Of a stretch of 64,000 nucleotides of DNA, positions 29,737-39,719 are shown in pieces. The stretch covers positions 2,496,001 to 2,560,000 of the forward strand of contig OZ255721.1 in assembly GCA_965277285.1 (NCBI GenBank), written 5' to 3'. Both the position numbers and the translations under genes were made by a program. The notes below the pieces were generated by a model. The model saw only the letters and a program-made list of their open reading frames with translations. It ran no database searches and was not told where the DNA came from. The first letter of the stretch is position 1. Every line of letters starts with the position of its first letter. The stretch comes from Abditibacteriaceae bacterium (GTDB lineage: Bacteria; Armatimonadota; Abditibacteriia; Abditibacteriales; Abditibacteriaceae).

Positions 29737-30384
29737 TCAGCCCTCTATCGTTTCTAAATATTCTTGAAGGGAATCGTAATTCTTAATCATCCATTTCTCG
29801 AAACTTTGGTAGCGCAAGGCGCCAGGAAGCCAGCTTGCGATTTTCCAGCATTCCCATTCGCTGTCTTCATCCAGAACTTCGGGTGAAATCAAAAGTTGGC
29901 AATTATCGGTTACATCACTAATGCTTAACAAGTTGTCAACATAAGCCATACGATATTCGCCGGGGTCATCTTCTGCATCGGGGCTGTTTTGTGATCTGGC
30001 TTGTAGATGTTCTTCTGCTGACAAGTCGGGCGGCGATCCGTAAGGGAGTGCCTGTAATCCGTAATCTACAACGCCAAACGGATCGTAATCGCGCACCCAT
30101 TGTATGTGTTCGACAGCCCAGAGCGCGCCTGGTTGACCATTCCATCTCATCAGCGGCCAACCGTTGCTCACTTTCAAAAACGTGCGATAAGAATCGGGAA
30201 GTCGCGCGCCTAATCGTTCTTCAACGGCGATAATTTGCTCTTCAGTCGCGCCTTCAAAGCCGATGTAGCCGCGCGCGTGATCTTCCGGCGAGAACAACAG
30301 TTCATCAAAGCCTTCCTTGATGTCGATGTCCAACAGGAGACGACTGAGTTCGTGCAGAAAATCGCGCCATTGGGTTTCGTTCAT
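29737..30384 (-). CDS. SMI1/KNR4 (SUKH) family immunity protein
   Basis: GATEEQIIAVEERLGARLPDSYRTFLKVSNGW ... EWECW ... RYQSF. Confidence 0.88.
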   Translation of the reverse strand: MNETQWRDFLHELSRLLLDIDIKEGFDELLFSPEDHARGYIGFEGATEEQIIAVEERLGARLPDSYRTFLKVSNGWPLMRWNGQPGALWAVEHIQWVRDYDPFGVVDYGLQALPYGSPPDLSAEEHLQARSQNSPDAEDDPGEYRMAYVDNLLSISDVTDNCQLLISPEVLDEDSEWECWKIASWLPGALRYQSFEKWMIKNYDSLQEYLETIEG

Positions 30385-30405
30385 AGGATTCGAGTACTCG
30401 ATTGC

Positions 30406-30876
30406 TTATAGTTTCAGTTCTCGGCGGAAAAGCCAGTGCAGAAAAGTCCAGAAATCGGATGCAATTTGATGGTTTAATTCGTCATAATCTACTTCGTGAT
30501 CGACAAAGAAAATCGGACAACTTGTTAAATCGTCAGGATCAAGAACGGCGACATAGTAATTGCCACAACCGTCGCCAGCCACAGGAAGCCATTTGTTTTT
30601 GCGCCACTCTGGTTCGTATGCCAGATGACTTTCGATGTCGAGAAACGGACGGTCGGGACGAATTCCATAAACGCCGCCTTCCGCGACATTGGGGCCGTTA
30701 CAAAACAATAACCAATCTTCGATTTGATGCGGCACACGGAATTGTGTGCGCTGCTCAAAATCACGAAGTTGCTGCGCCGTCGCACCTTCCGGCAATTTAT
30801 CTTCGGGAGAAATCGGCACCAAAGGAAGTAAACGCAAGGCTTCTTGTGCGGCAACGGAGAGTTTCATTATGGCCAA
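30406..30876 (-). CDS. SMI1/KNR4 (SUKH) family immunity protein
   Basis: GATAQQLRDFE, WLLFCNG, PVAGDGCGNYY, IFFVDHE and IASDF motifs. Confidence 0.88.
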   Translation of the reverse strand: MAIMKLSVAAQEALRLLPLVPISPEDKLPEGATAQQLRDFEQRTQFRVPHQIEDWLLFCNGPNVAEGGVYGIRPDRPFLDIESHLAYEPEWRKNKWLPVAGDGCGNYYVAVLDPDDLTSCPIFFVDHEVDYDELNHQIASDFWTFLHWLFRRELKL

Positions 30877-31397
30877 GTTCGGACGTATTTGAAATTCGGC
30901 AAATCGTCTGCGTTTTCTTCTCGATACCCCATGACGGCGATGGTTTTTTGGCTTTCCGGCCTTTGTAAAAACGCCAAAATGTGTTTTGATGCCTGGTTGT
31001 TGGCAAGGCTGGCCGCTTCTTGAAAAAGTTGGTTCGGGTCAGCTCCGATTTTTACAGCACTATGATAATGCATACTGACTTTCATGAGCCGTTCGCGGTA
31101 GTCACTGGCAGGCTCAGAAACCACTAAAGCAGCCAAGCCATACGCGATGTACTTTGAATTCGACTCGCGTACGGATCGTTGCGCTGCTCGCCTACTGTAA
31201 CTAAGCAAAATATCTGCGAAATTCATCTTTATCTTGCTGAAGATTTGATTTCTTCCCGCTTCGTCAGCCTGGATGAAGTAGCCAATGAGTTCATCCAGAA
31301 AATTGTCGATTGTATCAGGAATGGAAGTTTTGAAGTACTGCTCTCTGTCTTCATCCTTCAACAAATCAATGATTTGTTCTGCTTCTCTTTGTATCAT
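30867..31397 (-). CDS. Hypothetical helical protein (possibly immunity-type)
   Basis: Clean ORF with a GAGG RBS; overlaps the next SMI1 gene. Confidence 0.7.
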   Translation of the reverse strand: MIQREAEQIIDLLKDEDREQYFKTSIPDTIDNFLDELIGYFIQADEAGRNQIFSKIKMNFADILLSYSRRAAQRSVRESNSKYIAYGLAALVVSEPASDYRERLMKVSMHYHSAVKIGADPNQLFQEAASLANNQASKHILAFLQRPESQKTIAVMGYREENADDLPNFKYVRTWP

Positions 31398-31451
31398 TCC
31401 ACCACCTCGCGGTTTCATTTGCAGGAATCGAGTACTCGAATTGGCGAGACA

Positions 31452-31757
31452 TCAGCCGTGCCAAGCGTAATACATTCCCTGATTGTAGAGGCGCGCGAGG
31501 TTATCTTCGTCTAAAAACGGAAAACGCGCGAGAATCTGCGTTTGGGCTTCTGCGCGCGTTTGTTCCCGGTTGTAAACCTTTTCGTGTTGCGCAAAGCTGA
31601 AACTTTGCACGTCATGGAACAAGTTCACCAGATGCTCGATTTGAATTTCGTACAATTCGGGATGCTTTTGGCGAATGCGCAACGCTAAGGGCACGCGGCG
31701 AGAGGCGCCCCATTCCAGACCGAGGCTCACGGCTTCGTTGCGCAGCGCATCGCTCAT
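31452..31757 (-). CDS. Hypothetical protein
   Basis: 101-aa ORF ending QGMYYAWHG; fills the gap between two palindrome copies. Confidence 0.7.
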   Translation of the reverse strand: MSDALRNEAVSLGLEWGASRRVPLALRIRQKHPELYEIQIEHLVNLFHDVQSFSFAQHEKVYNREQTRAEAQTQILARFPFLDEDNLARLYNQGMYYAWHG

Positions 31758-31784
31758 CTCGAGTACTCGATTTACATAGTCCGC

Positions 31785-32318
31785 TTACAAATCCAGATCA
31801 CCGACCAGGCGGCGGAAGCGTTCTTCCTCATCGGCTTTGGAGGCGGCTTCTGCGGGTTCGGGCGCGCTGGGCGTAAAAGGCGGCGCGTCGTTGCTGGGCG
31901 TTAAGTCCTGCATTTCGCCTTCGGGCGCGATGGCGACCAGTTCATTCAAAACCGCGCCGTCTACGAAAACCGGACATTGAGCGCGCACCGCCAGAGCAAT
32001 CGCATCCGAAGGCCGCGAATCGATATGGAGCAAGCCGCGCGCGGTTTGAACATCAATCGTCGCGTAATAAGTGCCGTCCTGCAAATCGTTGATGACGACG
32101 CGCGAAACCGTGCCGCCCGATGCACCGATGCAAAACAGCATCAGGTCGTGCGACAAGGGACGCGGCATTTGCGCGCCTTCCATGAACAAGGCGATGGAGC
32201 GCGCTTCGGCTGCACCGATCCAGATCGGCAACAGGCGCGTATTCTCTAAATCTTTCAAGACCACAACGGTCTGCTTATGATGATCGAAACCAACACCTTC
32301 CACAGTCATTCGCAACAT
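31785..32318 (-). CDS. Bifunctional nuclease family protein (DUF151)
   Basis: LPIWIG..EA, PRPLSHDL and DSRPSDAIALA motifs. Confidence 0.93.
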   Translation of the reverse strand: MLRMTVEGVGFDHHKQTVVVLKDLENTRLLPIWIGAAEARSIALFMEGAQMPRPLSHDLMLFCIGASGGTVSRVVINDLQDGTYYATIDVQTARGLLHIDSRPSDAIALAVRAQCPVFVDGAVLNELVAIAPEGEMQDLTPSNDAPPFTPSAPEPAEAASKADEEERFRRLVGDLDL

Positions 32319-32331
32319 CTTAAATCCTTCA

Positions 32332-32508
32332 AATTAGCCACAAAGAGCACAGAGAACACAAAGAAAAAGGGAGATCGAGTACTCGAAAGCTAAAAACGCG
32401 TCCTGCTGAGCGCAACGAATCCTCTTGCAATTATAGATTCTTCGCTATGCTCAGAATGACAAAATCTTTTTCTACTCTTTGTGTTCTCTGTGCTCTTTGT
32501 GGCTAATT
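32332..32508. repeat. Family D inverted repeat (GCCACAAAGAGCACA.AG.ACACAAAG) enclosing a 12-mer and a family A hairpin
   Basis: A cleaner copy lies at 63827-63923; related ACCGCA.AG..GC..AG arms at about 12612 and 26108-26299. Confidence 0.85.
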
Positions 32509-33729
32509 TTTGTTTTGTCCAATTTGTGCGCTGTATTCGCGGTGACGCGCCAGGCTTTCGCTAAGTTCCTGTAGAGAATCGCCGCCGAATTTTTCCAGCA
32601 AGGCGTCCGCCAAAACCAACGCGACCATCGCTTCGCCGACGACGCCCGCTGCGGGAACCGCGCAATAATCGCTGCGTTCGACGTGCGCCGCTGTCGCTTC
32701 TCCGGTCGTCGTGTTGACGCTGGGCAAAGCCTTCATTAAAGTTGAAATCGGCTTCATCGCCACGCGGCACACCAGAGGCTCGCCATTGGTGACGCCGCCT
32801 TCCAAGCCACCGGCGTTGTTGCGCGTGCGACCCAGCCGCGGACTCGAATCGCCGTTCGCGCTCCACTCAAACGGATCGTGAACTTGCGAACCGGAAAGTC
32901 GTGCGGTTTCAAAACCCAGACCGATTTCAACGCCTTTCATAGCGTGAATGCTCATCAAAGCGCCCGCCAAACGTCCGTCCAATTTCCTGTCCCAATGAAC
33001 GTGCGAACCCAATCCAACCGGAAGATTATCGACCACAACTTCAAACACGCCACCGACCGTATCGCCGCTTTCGCGCGCTGTGTCAATGCGCTCGCACATC
33101 TTTTTACTTGATTCTTCATCTAAACAACGCACTTCGCTTTTATCCGCAATGGAATTGAGTTCGCGCGCACTGATTCGAGTACTCGATTCGATTTGCGAAG
33201 GCGCTTTGATGCCGCCGATTTCGACGACATGACTGCCCATCCAAATGTCGCACGCTTCTAATAACGCGCGCGCGACGCTTCCCGCTGCGACGCGCATCGT
33301 GGTTTCGCGGGCACTGGCGCGTTCAAGGATGTTGCGCATGTCGCCGTTGTCGGGGCGATATTTGACAAGTCCGGCAAAATCCACATGGCCGGGACGCGGC
33401 ACTTCAATGGGACGCGTTTTCACGCTGTCGTGCGCGTATTCTTCAACTGGCGCGGGGTTCATTACGTCGCCCCAACTGGCGTAATCGCGGTTGGGAACGG
33501 TGAGTGTAATCGGCGAACCGATGGTTTTTCCGTGACGAATGCCAGAGGACATTTGCGCGCGGTCGGTTTCGATCAGCATTCGCCCGCCGCGACCGTAACC
33601 GCGTTGGCGTCGCGCCAGGTGCATGTCAATTTGTTCGGCTAAAAGCGGCACGCCGGACGGCATTCCTTCGATGATGGTGGTGAGAGCCGGGCCGTGCGAC
33701 TCGCCCGCCGTGAGAAAACGCAATGTCAT
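32503..33729 (-). CDS. aroC: Chorismate synthase
   Basis: TAGESHG, RPGHVD, ERASARET, NNAGGLEGG, MKPIST and ERSD motifs. Confidence 0.97.
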   Translation of the reverse strand: MTLRFLTAGESHGPALTTIIEGMPSGVPLLAEQIDMHLARRQRGYGRGGRMLIETDRAQMSSGIRHGKTIGSPITLTVPNRDYASWGDVMNPAPVEEYAHDSVKTRPIEVPRPGHVDFAGLVKYRPDNGDMRNILERASARETTMRVAAGSVARALLEACDIWMGSHVVEIGGIKAPSQIESSTRISARELNSIADKSEVRCLDEESSKKMCERIDTARESGDTVGGVFEVVVDNLPVGLGSHVHWDRKLDGRLAGALMSIHAMKGVEIGLGFETARLSGSQVHDPFEWSANGDSSPRLGRTRNNAGGLEGGVTNGEPLVCRVAMKPISTLMKALPSVNTTTGEATAAHVERSDYCAVPAAGVVGEAMVALVLADALLEKFGGDSLQELSESLARHREYSAQIGQNKN

Positions 33730-34143
33730 GGCTTTTAATTTATCAGAGTGAGGGAAAAGTAAGAACAAAAGTGACGAGCGACACGCTGTCACTCGTCACT
33801 TCTCTGTACATCGTTTTTGGAATCGCCGTCTTTCAACGTTCGCTATCGAGTACTAAAAATCCGCTTGAAAAGTTGGTGATGTGTGAAAAATGAGAAGTTC
33901 GCCATTCTGATGCTCGAAAGTGGAAGTTTGTCATTCTGATGCTCGAAAGTGGAAGTTTGTCATTCTGAGCGCAGAGAAGAATCTAATTGCAGGTAGATTC
34001 TTCTCTGCGCTCAGAATGACAAACTTCCACTTTCGAGCGTTTTTTGCACTTTTTTCGGCTTTCTATACAACCTCTCAAAACGACAAACTTTTGATTTCAA
34101 CCTTGTTTTCTACGTCGCATAACGCTTTGCGCCCATGCTTTCG

Positions 34144-36513
34144 CTATTGCGCCGGGCGGATTTCCAGGGAAAGCCCGACATCGACGTATTGACCGCCTTG
34201 CGTTTGGTGACAATGCACGGCCATCGTATTTTGTCCGCCGAGAACGAGGCTTTTGCGGGCTTCGTCGCTGATCGGCTTATTTTCAAAGGTGCTAATGTAG
34301 CCAGGACCCTTGTAAGCCAGAACGCCGTTGATGTAGACATCGAGATCTTCATCGTGATAGTCGCGGACGACGAGCTGGCTGAGTTGCAGAGCGCTCAAAT
34401 TACCCAGCGTAAAAGTGCGGCGCAACCAGATGTCAGACGATGTCCACGGCGTTCCGATGCGTGGCGAAGTCGGGACATCGGTTCCGAAGCCGCCCGCACC
34501 CGTCTTCCAGGCCGCGTCATCGAAGGTTTTTTGAATCCAGTCCGTGGACGGCGCGACCAGAGAATATTTCCAGCTTTGGCTGGCTTTCTCGGAAGTCGGC
34601 ACGACGACTTTGTAAGTCGGTACGGGATAGGCGAAGCGGTTGGCGAGAGCGATGCGCGGCGCGTGCGACTTCAGAATGCGGTCGTAGGTCATCAACCCGT
34701 TCGATTCGCTTTCGACATCGCTAATCTGCGTGTAGACGGCGGCGCTCAAGCCTTTTTCATCGCGCAAATGCTTCAAGAGAGCGGTGAACTCGCCGTACAA
34801 GTCTTCCACTTGGCGCGGCGTGGTGACAGAAGTGTAGCCCCAGCCTTCTTTTTGCCAGGTATGACCTTTGATGACATAGCCAATGCCGCCGTATTCGCCG
34901 CAAACCAAAGCCTGCGTCGCACTGGGGCCGGAAGCTGCCGGAGGTGGATAAGAATGCACGTCATCCACATCGCCCGCGTCGCCTTCGGGCGCTTTGTCAT
35001 AGCCGCCGCCGCTGTCTCTGTCCACCAAGCGCGAAGGATCCAGCTGTTTGGCCAGGTTTACCAGAGAAATCGTGTCGTGGCGCCCCTGTTCTTCGTTGAA
35101 CACAATCCACATGACGATGGCGGGCGAGTTCCAGTGCGTCATGATGGTCTGGCGAAGCTGCTTTTCAAAGGCGGGTTTGTCAACTGGCGGTGCATTGCCG
35201 GTGTAAGAGTTGGGCGAGGGCATATCCTGCCACACCATGATGCCCAGTTTGTCGGCCCAATAATACCAGCGCGCCGGTTCCACCTTGATGTGCTTGCGCA
35301 CCATGTTGAAGCCCAAAGCCTTCTCTTGCACGATGTCGGACTTGAGCGCTTCATCGGTCGGCGCCGTATAAATGCCGTCCGGCCAGAAACCCTGATCAAG
35401 AGGGCCAAGTTCAAACACGAACTTGTTGTTCAACAACATCTTTGTGATGCCGCCTACTTTGCCAAGCGAAATCTTGCGCATTCCAAAATAACTGGTCACG
35501 CTGTCGCTCGTTTGATTGCCATTTATCAGCACTACGCTCACGTCGTACAGAAAGGGATTGGTGGGCGACCACAGTCTGGGGTTTTTGAGTGGAATTGCCA
35601 CTTCGACGTTCGGCTTGATGTCGGACGTTGCGACGACCTTGCCCGCGTCCATGATTTTGATAATCGCGTGAGTACTCGATGTCGCCGCGTTTGCATTGAC
35701 CGTGAAACGGATGCGGCTGTGATCCACGTCGGGAATCATATGCAGGCTTTGAATCGCAGTGCGCGCGACCGGTTCGAGCCACACCGTTTGCCAGATGCCA
35801 CTGGTCGGCGTGTACATGATGCCGCCCGGCTTGAGGGATTGCTTGCCGCGCGGTTGTCCACCGGCATCGGTCGGATCGAAGACGCGCACGATCAGCTCTT
35901 GCGGCCCGTCGCCTTTCAAAAAAGGCGCGATGTCGTAGCCGAACGGCTCGTAGCCGCCGCGATGAACGCCGACGCTGTGCCCGTTGACGAAGACTTCGGC
36001 TTCATAATCGACAGCGCCGAAGTTGATCATCAGTTGCTTGTTTTTCCATGCAGCAGGAACCGTGAAACTGCGGCGATACCACAAGCGGTCGTGATGTTCC
36101 ATGACGCCGGAAAGCGCCGATTCGACGGGAAAAGGCACCAGAATTTTGCTCGCCAGCTTCTTGCCAACTGGAACGGCATCGCTCTCATTGCCGCTTTGAT
36201 ATTGCCAGACGCCATTCAAATTGAGCCACTGCGAGCGTACCAATTGCGGACGCGGATATTCGGGCAGCGCGTTAGTCGGCGAAACTTGTGAAGCCCAGCG
36301 CGTCATCAGCGACGCTGTTTTGGGCGCCCATCCCGACGCATCAGCAGTCGTTGCTGTCATCAGAGACACTGTTTTGACAGGCGATTTTTCGGGAGTCGCT
36401 ACCGTGGGTGCTGCCGTTGGCGCACCAGCCTGTGCTTTGCAGGACGACAACAATGGCAAAGCGCAGGAAAGCAACGCAAAATACAGCTTGTTGATATGGC
36501 GGATTGAATGCAT
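34144..36513 (-). CDS. Glycoside hydrolase family 2 protein, exported
   Basis: EYPRPQ, WLNLNG, FGAVDY, GPLDQG.WPDG, RKHIK, FNE and EYGG motifs; signal/lipoprotein-like N-terminus. Confidence 0.92.
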   Translation of the reverse strand: MHSIRHINKLYFALLSCALPLLSSCKAQAGAPTAAPTVATPEKSPVKTVSLMTATTADASGWAPKTASLMTRWASQVSPTNALPEYPRPQLVRSQWLNLNGVWQYQSGNESDAVPVGKKLASKILVPFPVESALSGVMEHHDRLWYRRSFTVPAAWKNKQLMINFGAVDYEAEVFVNGHSVGVHRGGYEPFGYDIAPFLKGDGPQELIVRVFDPTDAGGQPRGKQSLKPGGIMYTPTSGIWQTVWLEPVARTAIQSLHMIPDVDHSRIRFTVNANAATSSTHAIIKIMDAGKVVATSDIKPNVEVAIPLKNPRLWSPTNPFLYDVSVVLINGNQTSDSVTSYFGMRKISLGKVGGITKMLLNNKFVFELGPLDQGFWPDGIYTAPTDEALKSDIVQEKALGFNMVRKHIKVEPARWYYWADKLGIMVWQDMPSPNSYTGNAPPVDKPAFEKQLRQTIMTHWNSPAIVMWIVFNEEQGRHDTISLVNLAKQLDPSRLVDRDSGGGYDKAPEGDAGDVDDVHSYPPPAASGPSATQALVCGEYGGIGYVIKGHTWQKEGWGYTSVTTPRQVEDLYGEFTALLKHLRDEKGLSAAVYTQISDVESESNGLMTYDRILKSHAPRIALANRFAYPVPTYKVVVPTSEKASQSWKYSLVAPSTDWIQKTFDDAAWKTGAGGFGTDVPTSPRIGTPWTSSDIWLRRTFTLGNLSALQLSQLVVRDYHDEDLDVYINGVLAYKGPGYISTFENKPISDEARKSLVLGGQNTMAVHCHQTQGGQYVDVGLSLEIRPAQ

Positions 36514-36739
36514 AAAAACCCCTTACGACTTAATTTTGTGACTTGCGAGAACTCTTTGACAACAGCAAGCGACAAATGCTCTATCTATGGAATAGCGGCC
36601 CGAAGAGTTCAGCTTCTGAAAAGCGAACCTTGTGGGCGCAAAATGACCTGATTTTAGGCCTGAAGCATTATATGCCTGGAGCGAGAGAATCTTGTTTGTG
36701 TGCGACATTGTACACGAAAACAGCGAGTATGACACCGTT

Positions 36740-37366
36740 TTATGGGAGCATTTCCGCAAATGAGACTGGCAGGTCTTCTTCCGTCTGAGGATCGAGTACT
36801 CGAATGGCGGGCCACAATCCGTAAATGAGAGTGTCACTCAAGTCGCCCTGCAAAGTGCGACGGTGATTATGCAACGTGGCTTCGTGCTGAAAGCCAGCCT
36901 GCTCCGCGACACGGCGGCTGCGTTGGTTGCGCGCATCGCAGATAATTTCGATTCTTTGCGCGCTCAGATGCTCGAAAGCCGCCGCAGCGACGGCGCGCAC
37001 AGCTTCGCTCACATAACCGCGTCCTTGTTGCGACGCGCGGCACCAATAGCCGATTTCAAAAGAAGGAATATCCGCTTTGCGCGGGTGCAAGCCAATCGTT
37101 GAGACGAACTCACCAGTTTCGCGCGAAAAGGCGCGCAGGTTGAAATCGTCGCCCTGCTCGAATAATTGATGGTGGCGTTGACCTCTCGCTTCGGTTTCTT
37201 GGATCGAAGGTCGAACTTGTGCCCAATCCATCCAGCGATGCAAATCGTCCCACGTTTCGAGAATCGCCGCGTTAATAATGGCGCCATCGCTTGGCAGAGG
37301 ACGGCGCAGAAGCAAGCGTTGGGTCGGAATTGTTGATGGAAAACGCCTTGTTGGAGAAGGAGTCAT
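36740..37366 (-). CDS. GNAT acetyltransferase (RimJ/RimL family)
   Basis: TQRLLLR, EIGYW, QGRGY and N..S..VAE..GF motifs. Confidence 0.9.
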   Translation of the reverse strand: MTPSPTRRFPSTIPTQRLLLRRPLPSDGAIINAAILETWDDLHRWMDWAQVRPSIQETEARGQRHHQLFEQGDDFNLRAFSRETGEFVSTIGLHPRKADIPSFEIGYWCRASQQGRGYVSEAVRAVAAAAFEHLSAQRIEIICDARNQRSRRVAEQAGFQHEATLHNHRRTLQGDLSDTLIYGLWPAIRVLDPQTEEDLPVSFAEMLP

Positions 37367-37479
37367 AGCGAGAAGTTTAGCTGCTGAAAGGGACCGATCG
37401 AGTACTCGAACCGGCGTCTTTACCGTTTCTTAACATTTCTGTCCTCGAATTGGCGTGCAGCGTCTGCTAACCTCCGGGT

Positions 37480-38937
37480 GTGACTTCCTTTTTGTTCTGG
37501 CTGACGACACTTTCGCTGAGCGTTCTGGCGCTGGTTTTCTTCGTTTTGTGGCGTCGCGCCAAGCGTTTGGTAGAAGCGCGCGAAAATTTGTGGCACGCGT
37601 CCATGCGCTTGTTGCAAAACGGCAATTATTCCGAGGTGCAAACACTGGTGCAGCGCAGCGAGACACTTTTGCCGCCAGGCGCTGGACAGGAAATCAGCGC
37701 CGCTTTGCAGGCCGTCGCGCAAGATGTTCGCCAGCACGAAACGGCGCGCCGCGAACTCGAAGATGTTTTGTCGTCGTTGCAAGACGCGGTTTTGGTCGTT
37801 GATGCCGAAGCGCGCCTGCGTTTTCTCAATGCGCCCGCGCTGCAATTGTTCGGCGTGCGCGTCGAAGATGTTTTAGGCGCCCAACTTTTGGAAGCCTTGC
37901 CTTCTTTTGGATTGGATTCGAGTGTGAGCGCCGCTTTGCACGAAGGCCGCAGCACGATGGGCGAACAAAGTCTTTATTTCACTAACGGACATCACGCCAA
38001 CCCGAATTTGGTTAACGGACAAAATGGCGCGCGCAAACGCACGGGACAAATCGTGCCGTCGCACGAAGAAAACGACCAATCGAGTACTCGAAACGGCATT
38101 GGTAATAGTAATGGCGTGCAGGGAAATTCCATCGCTGGTGACGCGCGCCGCGAGATTTTTATGCGCGTGGCGCCGGTGCGCTCGAGTCAGGGCAAAGTCG
38201 CGGGCGCTGTAGCGATTTTGCAGGACATGACGGAAATGCGGCGCTTGGAGCGCGTGCGCCGCGATTTTGTAGCCAACGCCAGCCACGAACTGCGCACGCC
38301 AATCGCCAACATTCGCGCCGGCGCCGAAACGATTTTGACCGATCCGCACGACAGCGAATTGGCGCTGCGCTTCTTGCCGCAAATCGTCAGCGAATCGGAA
38401 CGCTTGTCGCATCTGGTCAGCGATTTGTTAGACCTCGCGCACGCCGACGCCGCAGTCGAAACGCCGCGCACGCCGGTCAACTTCTGCGATGTTATTGACT
38501 GCGTGATGCAGCGTTTGCATGAAAAAGCCACGCAAAACCAAGTCGAAGTGCGTCGCAATTATGCCCAAGACGCTTGTCAGGCGCGCGTCAGCGGAGACTT
38601 CGCGGGATTGGAGCAAATCGTTTTTAACCTGCTTGATAACGCCTTGCTTTATACGCCGTCCGGCGGCCAGGTCGAATTGGGCGTGCAGCCTGATGAGCGC
38701 GCGCAGCAACTCATTTTTTCCATCAGCGATACGGGAATCGGCATTCCAGTCGAAGAGCAGGAACGCGTTTTCGAGCGTTTTTATCGCGTCGATAAAGCCC
38801 GCTCGCGCGCTCAGGGCGGAACGGGTTTGGGATTGGCGATTGTCAAGCACATTGCTGAAAACCATCGCGGCAGCGTTTCCGTGCAAAGCGCCGTCGATCA
38901 AGGCACCATCTTTATCGTGCGCCTTCCACTTATTTAA
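37480..38937 (+). CDS. phoR: PAS-containing sensor histidine kinase, PhoR-like
   Basis: RRDFVANASHELRTP H-box, NLLDNA, DTGIGI, FERFYRVDKARSR and GGTGLGL; next to the pst cluster. Confidence 0.85.
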   Translation: MTSFLFWLTTLSLSVLALVFFVLWRRAKRLVEARENLWHASMRLLQNGNYSEVQTLVQRSETLLPPGAGQEISAALQAVAQDVRQHETARRELEDVLSSLQDAVLVVDAEARLRFLNAPALQLFGVRVEDVLGAQLLEALPSFGLDSSVSAALHEGRSTMGEQSLYFTNGHHANPNLVNGQNGARKRTGQIVPSHEENDQSSTRNGIGNSNGVQGNSIAGDARREIFMRVAPVRSSQGKVAGAVAILQDMTEMRRLERVRRDFVANASHELRTPIANIRAGAETILTDPHDSELALRFLPQIVSESERLSHLVSDLLDLAHADAAVETPRTPVNFCDVIDCVMQRLHEKATQNQVEVRRNYAQDACQARVSGDFAGLEQIVFNLLDNALLYTPSGGQVELGVQPDERAQQLIFSISDTGIGIPVEEQERVFERFYRVDKARSRAQGGTGLGLAIVKHIAENHRGSVSVQSAVDQGTIFIVRLPLI

Positions 38938-39167
38938 CCAATGGTGCGGGTTTGGATAGCCGCCTATGAATGATCGAGCTGATAAACGAAGCATCATAAA
39001 TGGCGCTGGCACATCGTGCTTGAGGCCGCTTCAGCGGTCTTTCTCGTTCAGCCCATTGCTTTAGCGGTGGGCAATCCAAACCCGCGCCACTGGTTATAAA
39101 ATTCGCCTGACAATCGAGTACTCGAAAGCCGTGATTCCTGTGAGCGCATCGTGTCAGATAATCACTT

Positions 39168-39596
39168 TTACGAATGCGGTGAAGTGCTGGGAGGTGCAGC
39201 TTTTGTTTGTCGCACTTGAGACAAGCGTTGAATTGCGCCATAAACCGTGTAAAAGCCGAGCAGAACCACGAAAACGCCGAACGTGAGCCGCAAAATCGGC
39301 CCCGTCAGTTTATTGGAACCCAACGCGCCCAGCCACGCCCCCAGAAACATCGCAAAAGCGACCAAGAGCGCCGCTTTCCAATCGACGTTGCCGTGACGCG
39401 CATATTCCAAAACCGCGCCCAGGCCGACCGGCGGCAGCAAAACGACCAGGCTGGTTCCCGTCGCGCGGTGCTGCGAAAACCCCAATATATAAACCAGCGC
39501 GGGAACAATCAGCACGCCGCCGCCGATACCAAACAGGCCGGACGCGAAACCTGCCGTCACACCAATCGCCAGCAGAATCAGGATTTCAATTTTCAT
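39168..39596 (-). CDS. TauE/SafE (TSUP) family half-transporter
   Basis: GFASGLFGIGGG..IVP and ATGTSL motifs; four TMs. Confidence 0.88.
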   Translation of the reverse strand: MKIEILILLAIGVTAGFASGLFGIGGGVLIVPALVYILGFSQHRATGTSLVVLLPPVGLGAVLEYARHGNVDWKAALLVAFAMFLGAWLGALGSNKLTGPILRLTFGVFVVLLGFYTVYGAIQRLSQVRQTKAAPPSTSPHS

Positions 39597-39719
39597 GGAA
39601 GTGCTTGTGACATATTTGGGTTAGCTATCAAACACGATTTAACGACGAATCTCAGTGCGGCCTGAAGTGGGAGCGCAACCAATGCGTCATGTGGTAGCGA
39701 GGTTGAGGAATTCTGACGC

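Noticed and set aside
29722..31770. CRISPR or classical integron interpretation of the repeated 12-mer
   Set aside because: The repeat is only 12 bp, spacing is irregular and gene-sized, there is no attC-like extended fold, and no cas or intI gene is in the window.
34135..36291. 718-aa plus-strand ORF
   Set aside because: Antisense shadow of the well-supported GH2 gene; no recognisable motifs.
37420..37437. Possible Pho box before phoR
   Set aside because: Only two TTA(C/A) units spaced 10 bp apart; too weak to call.
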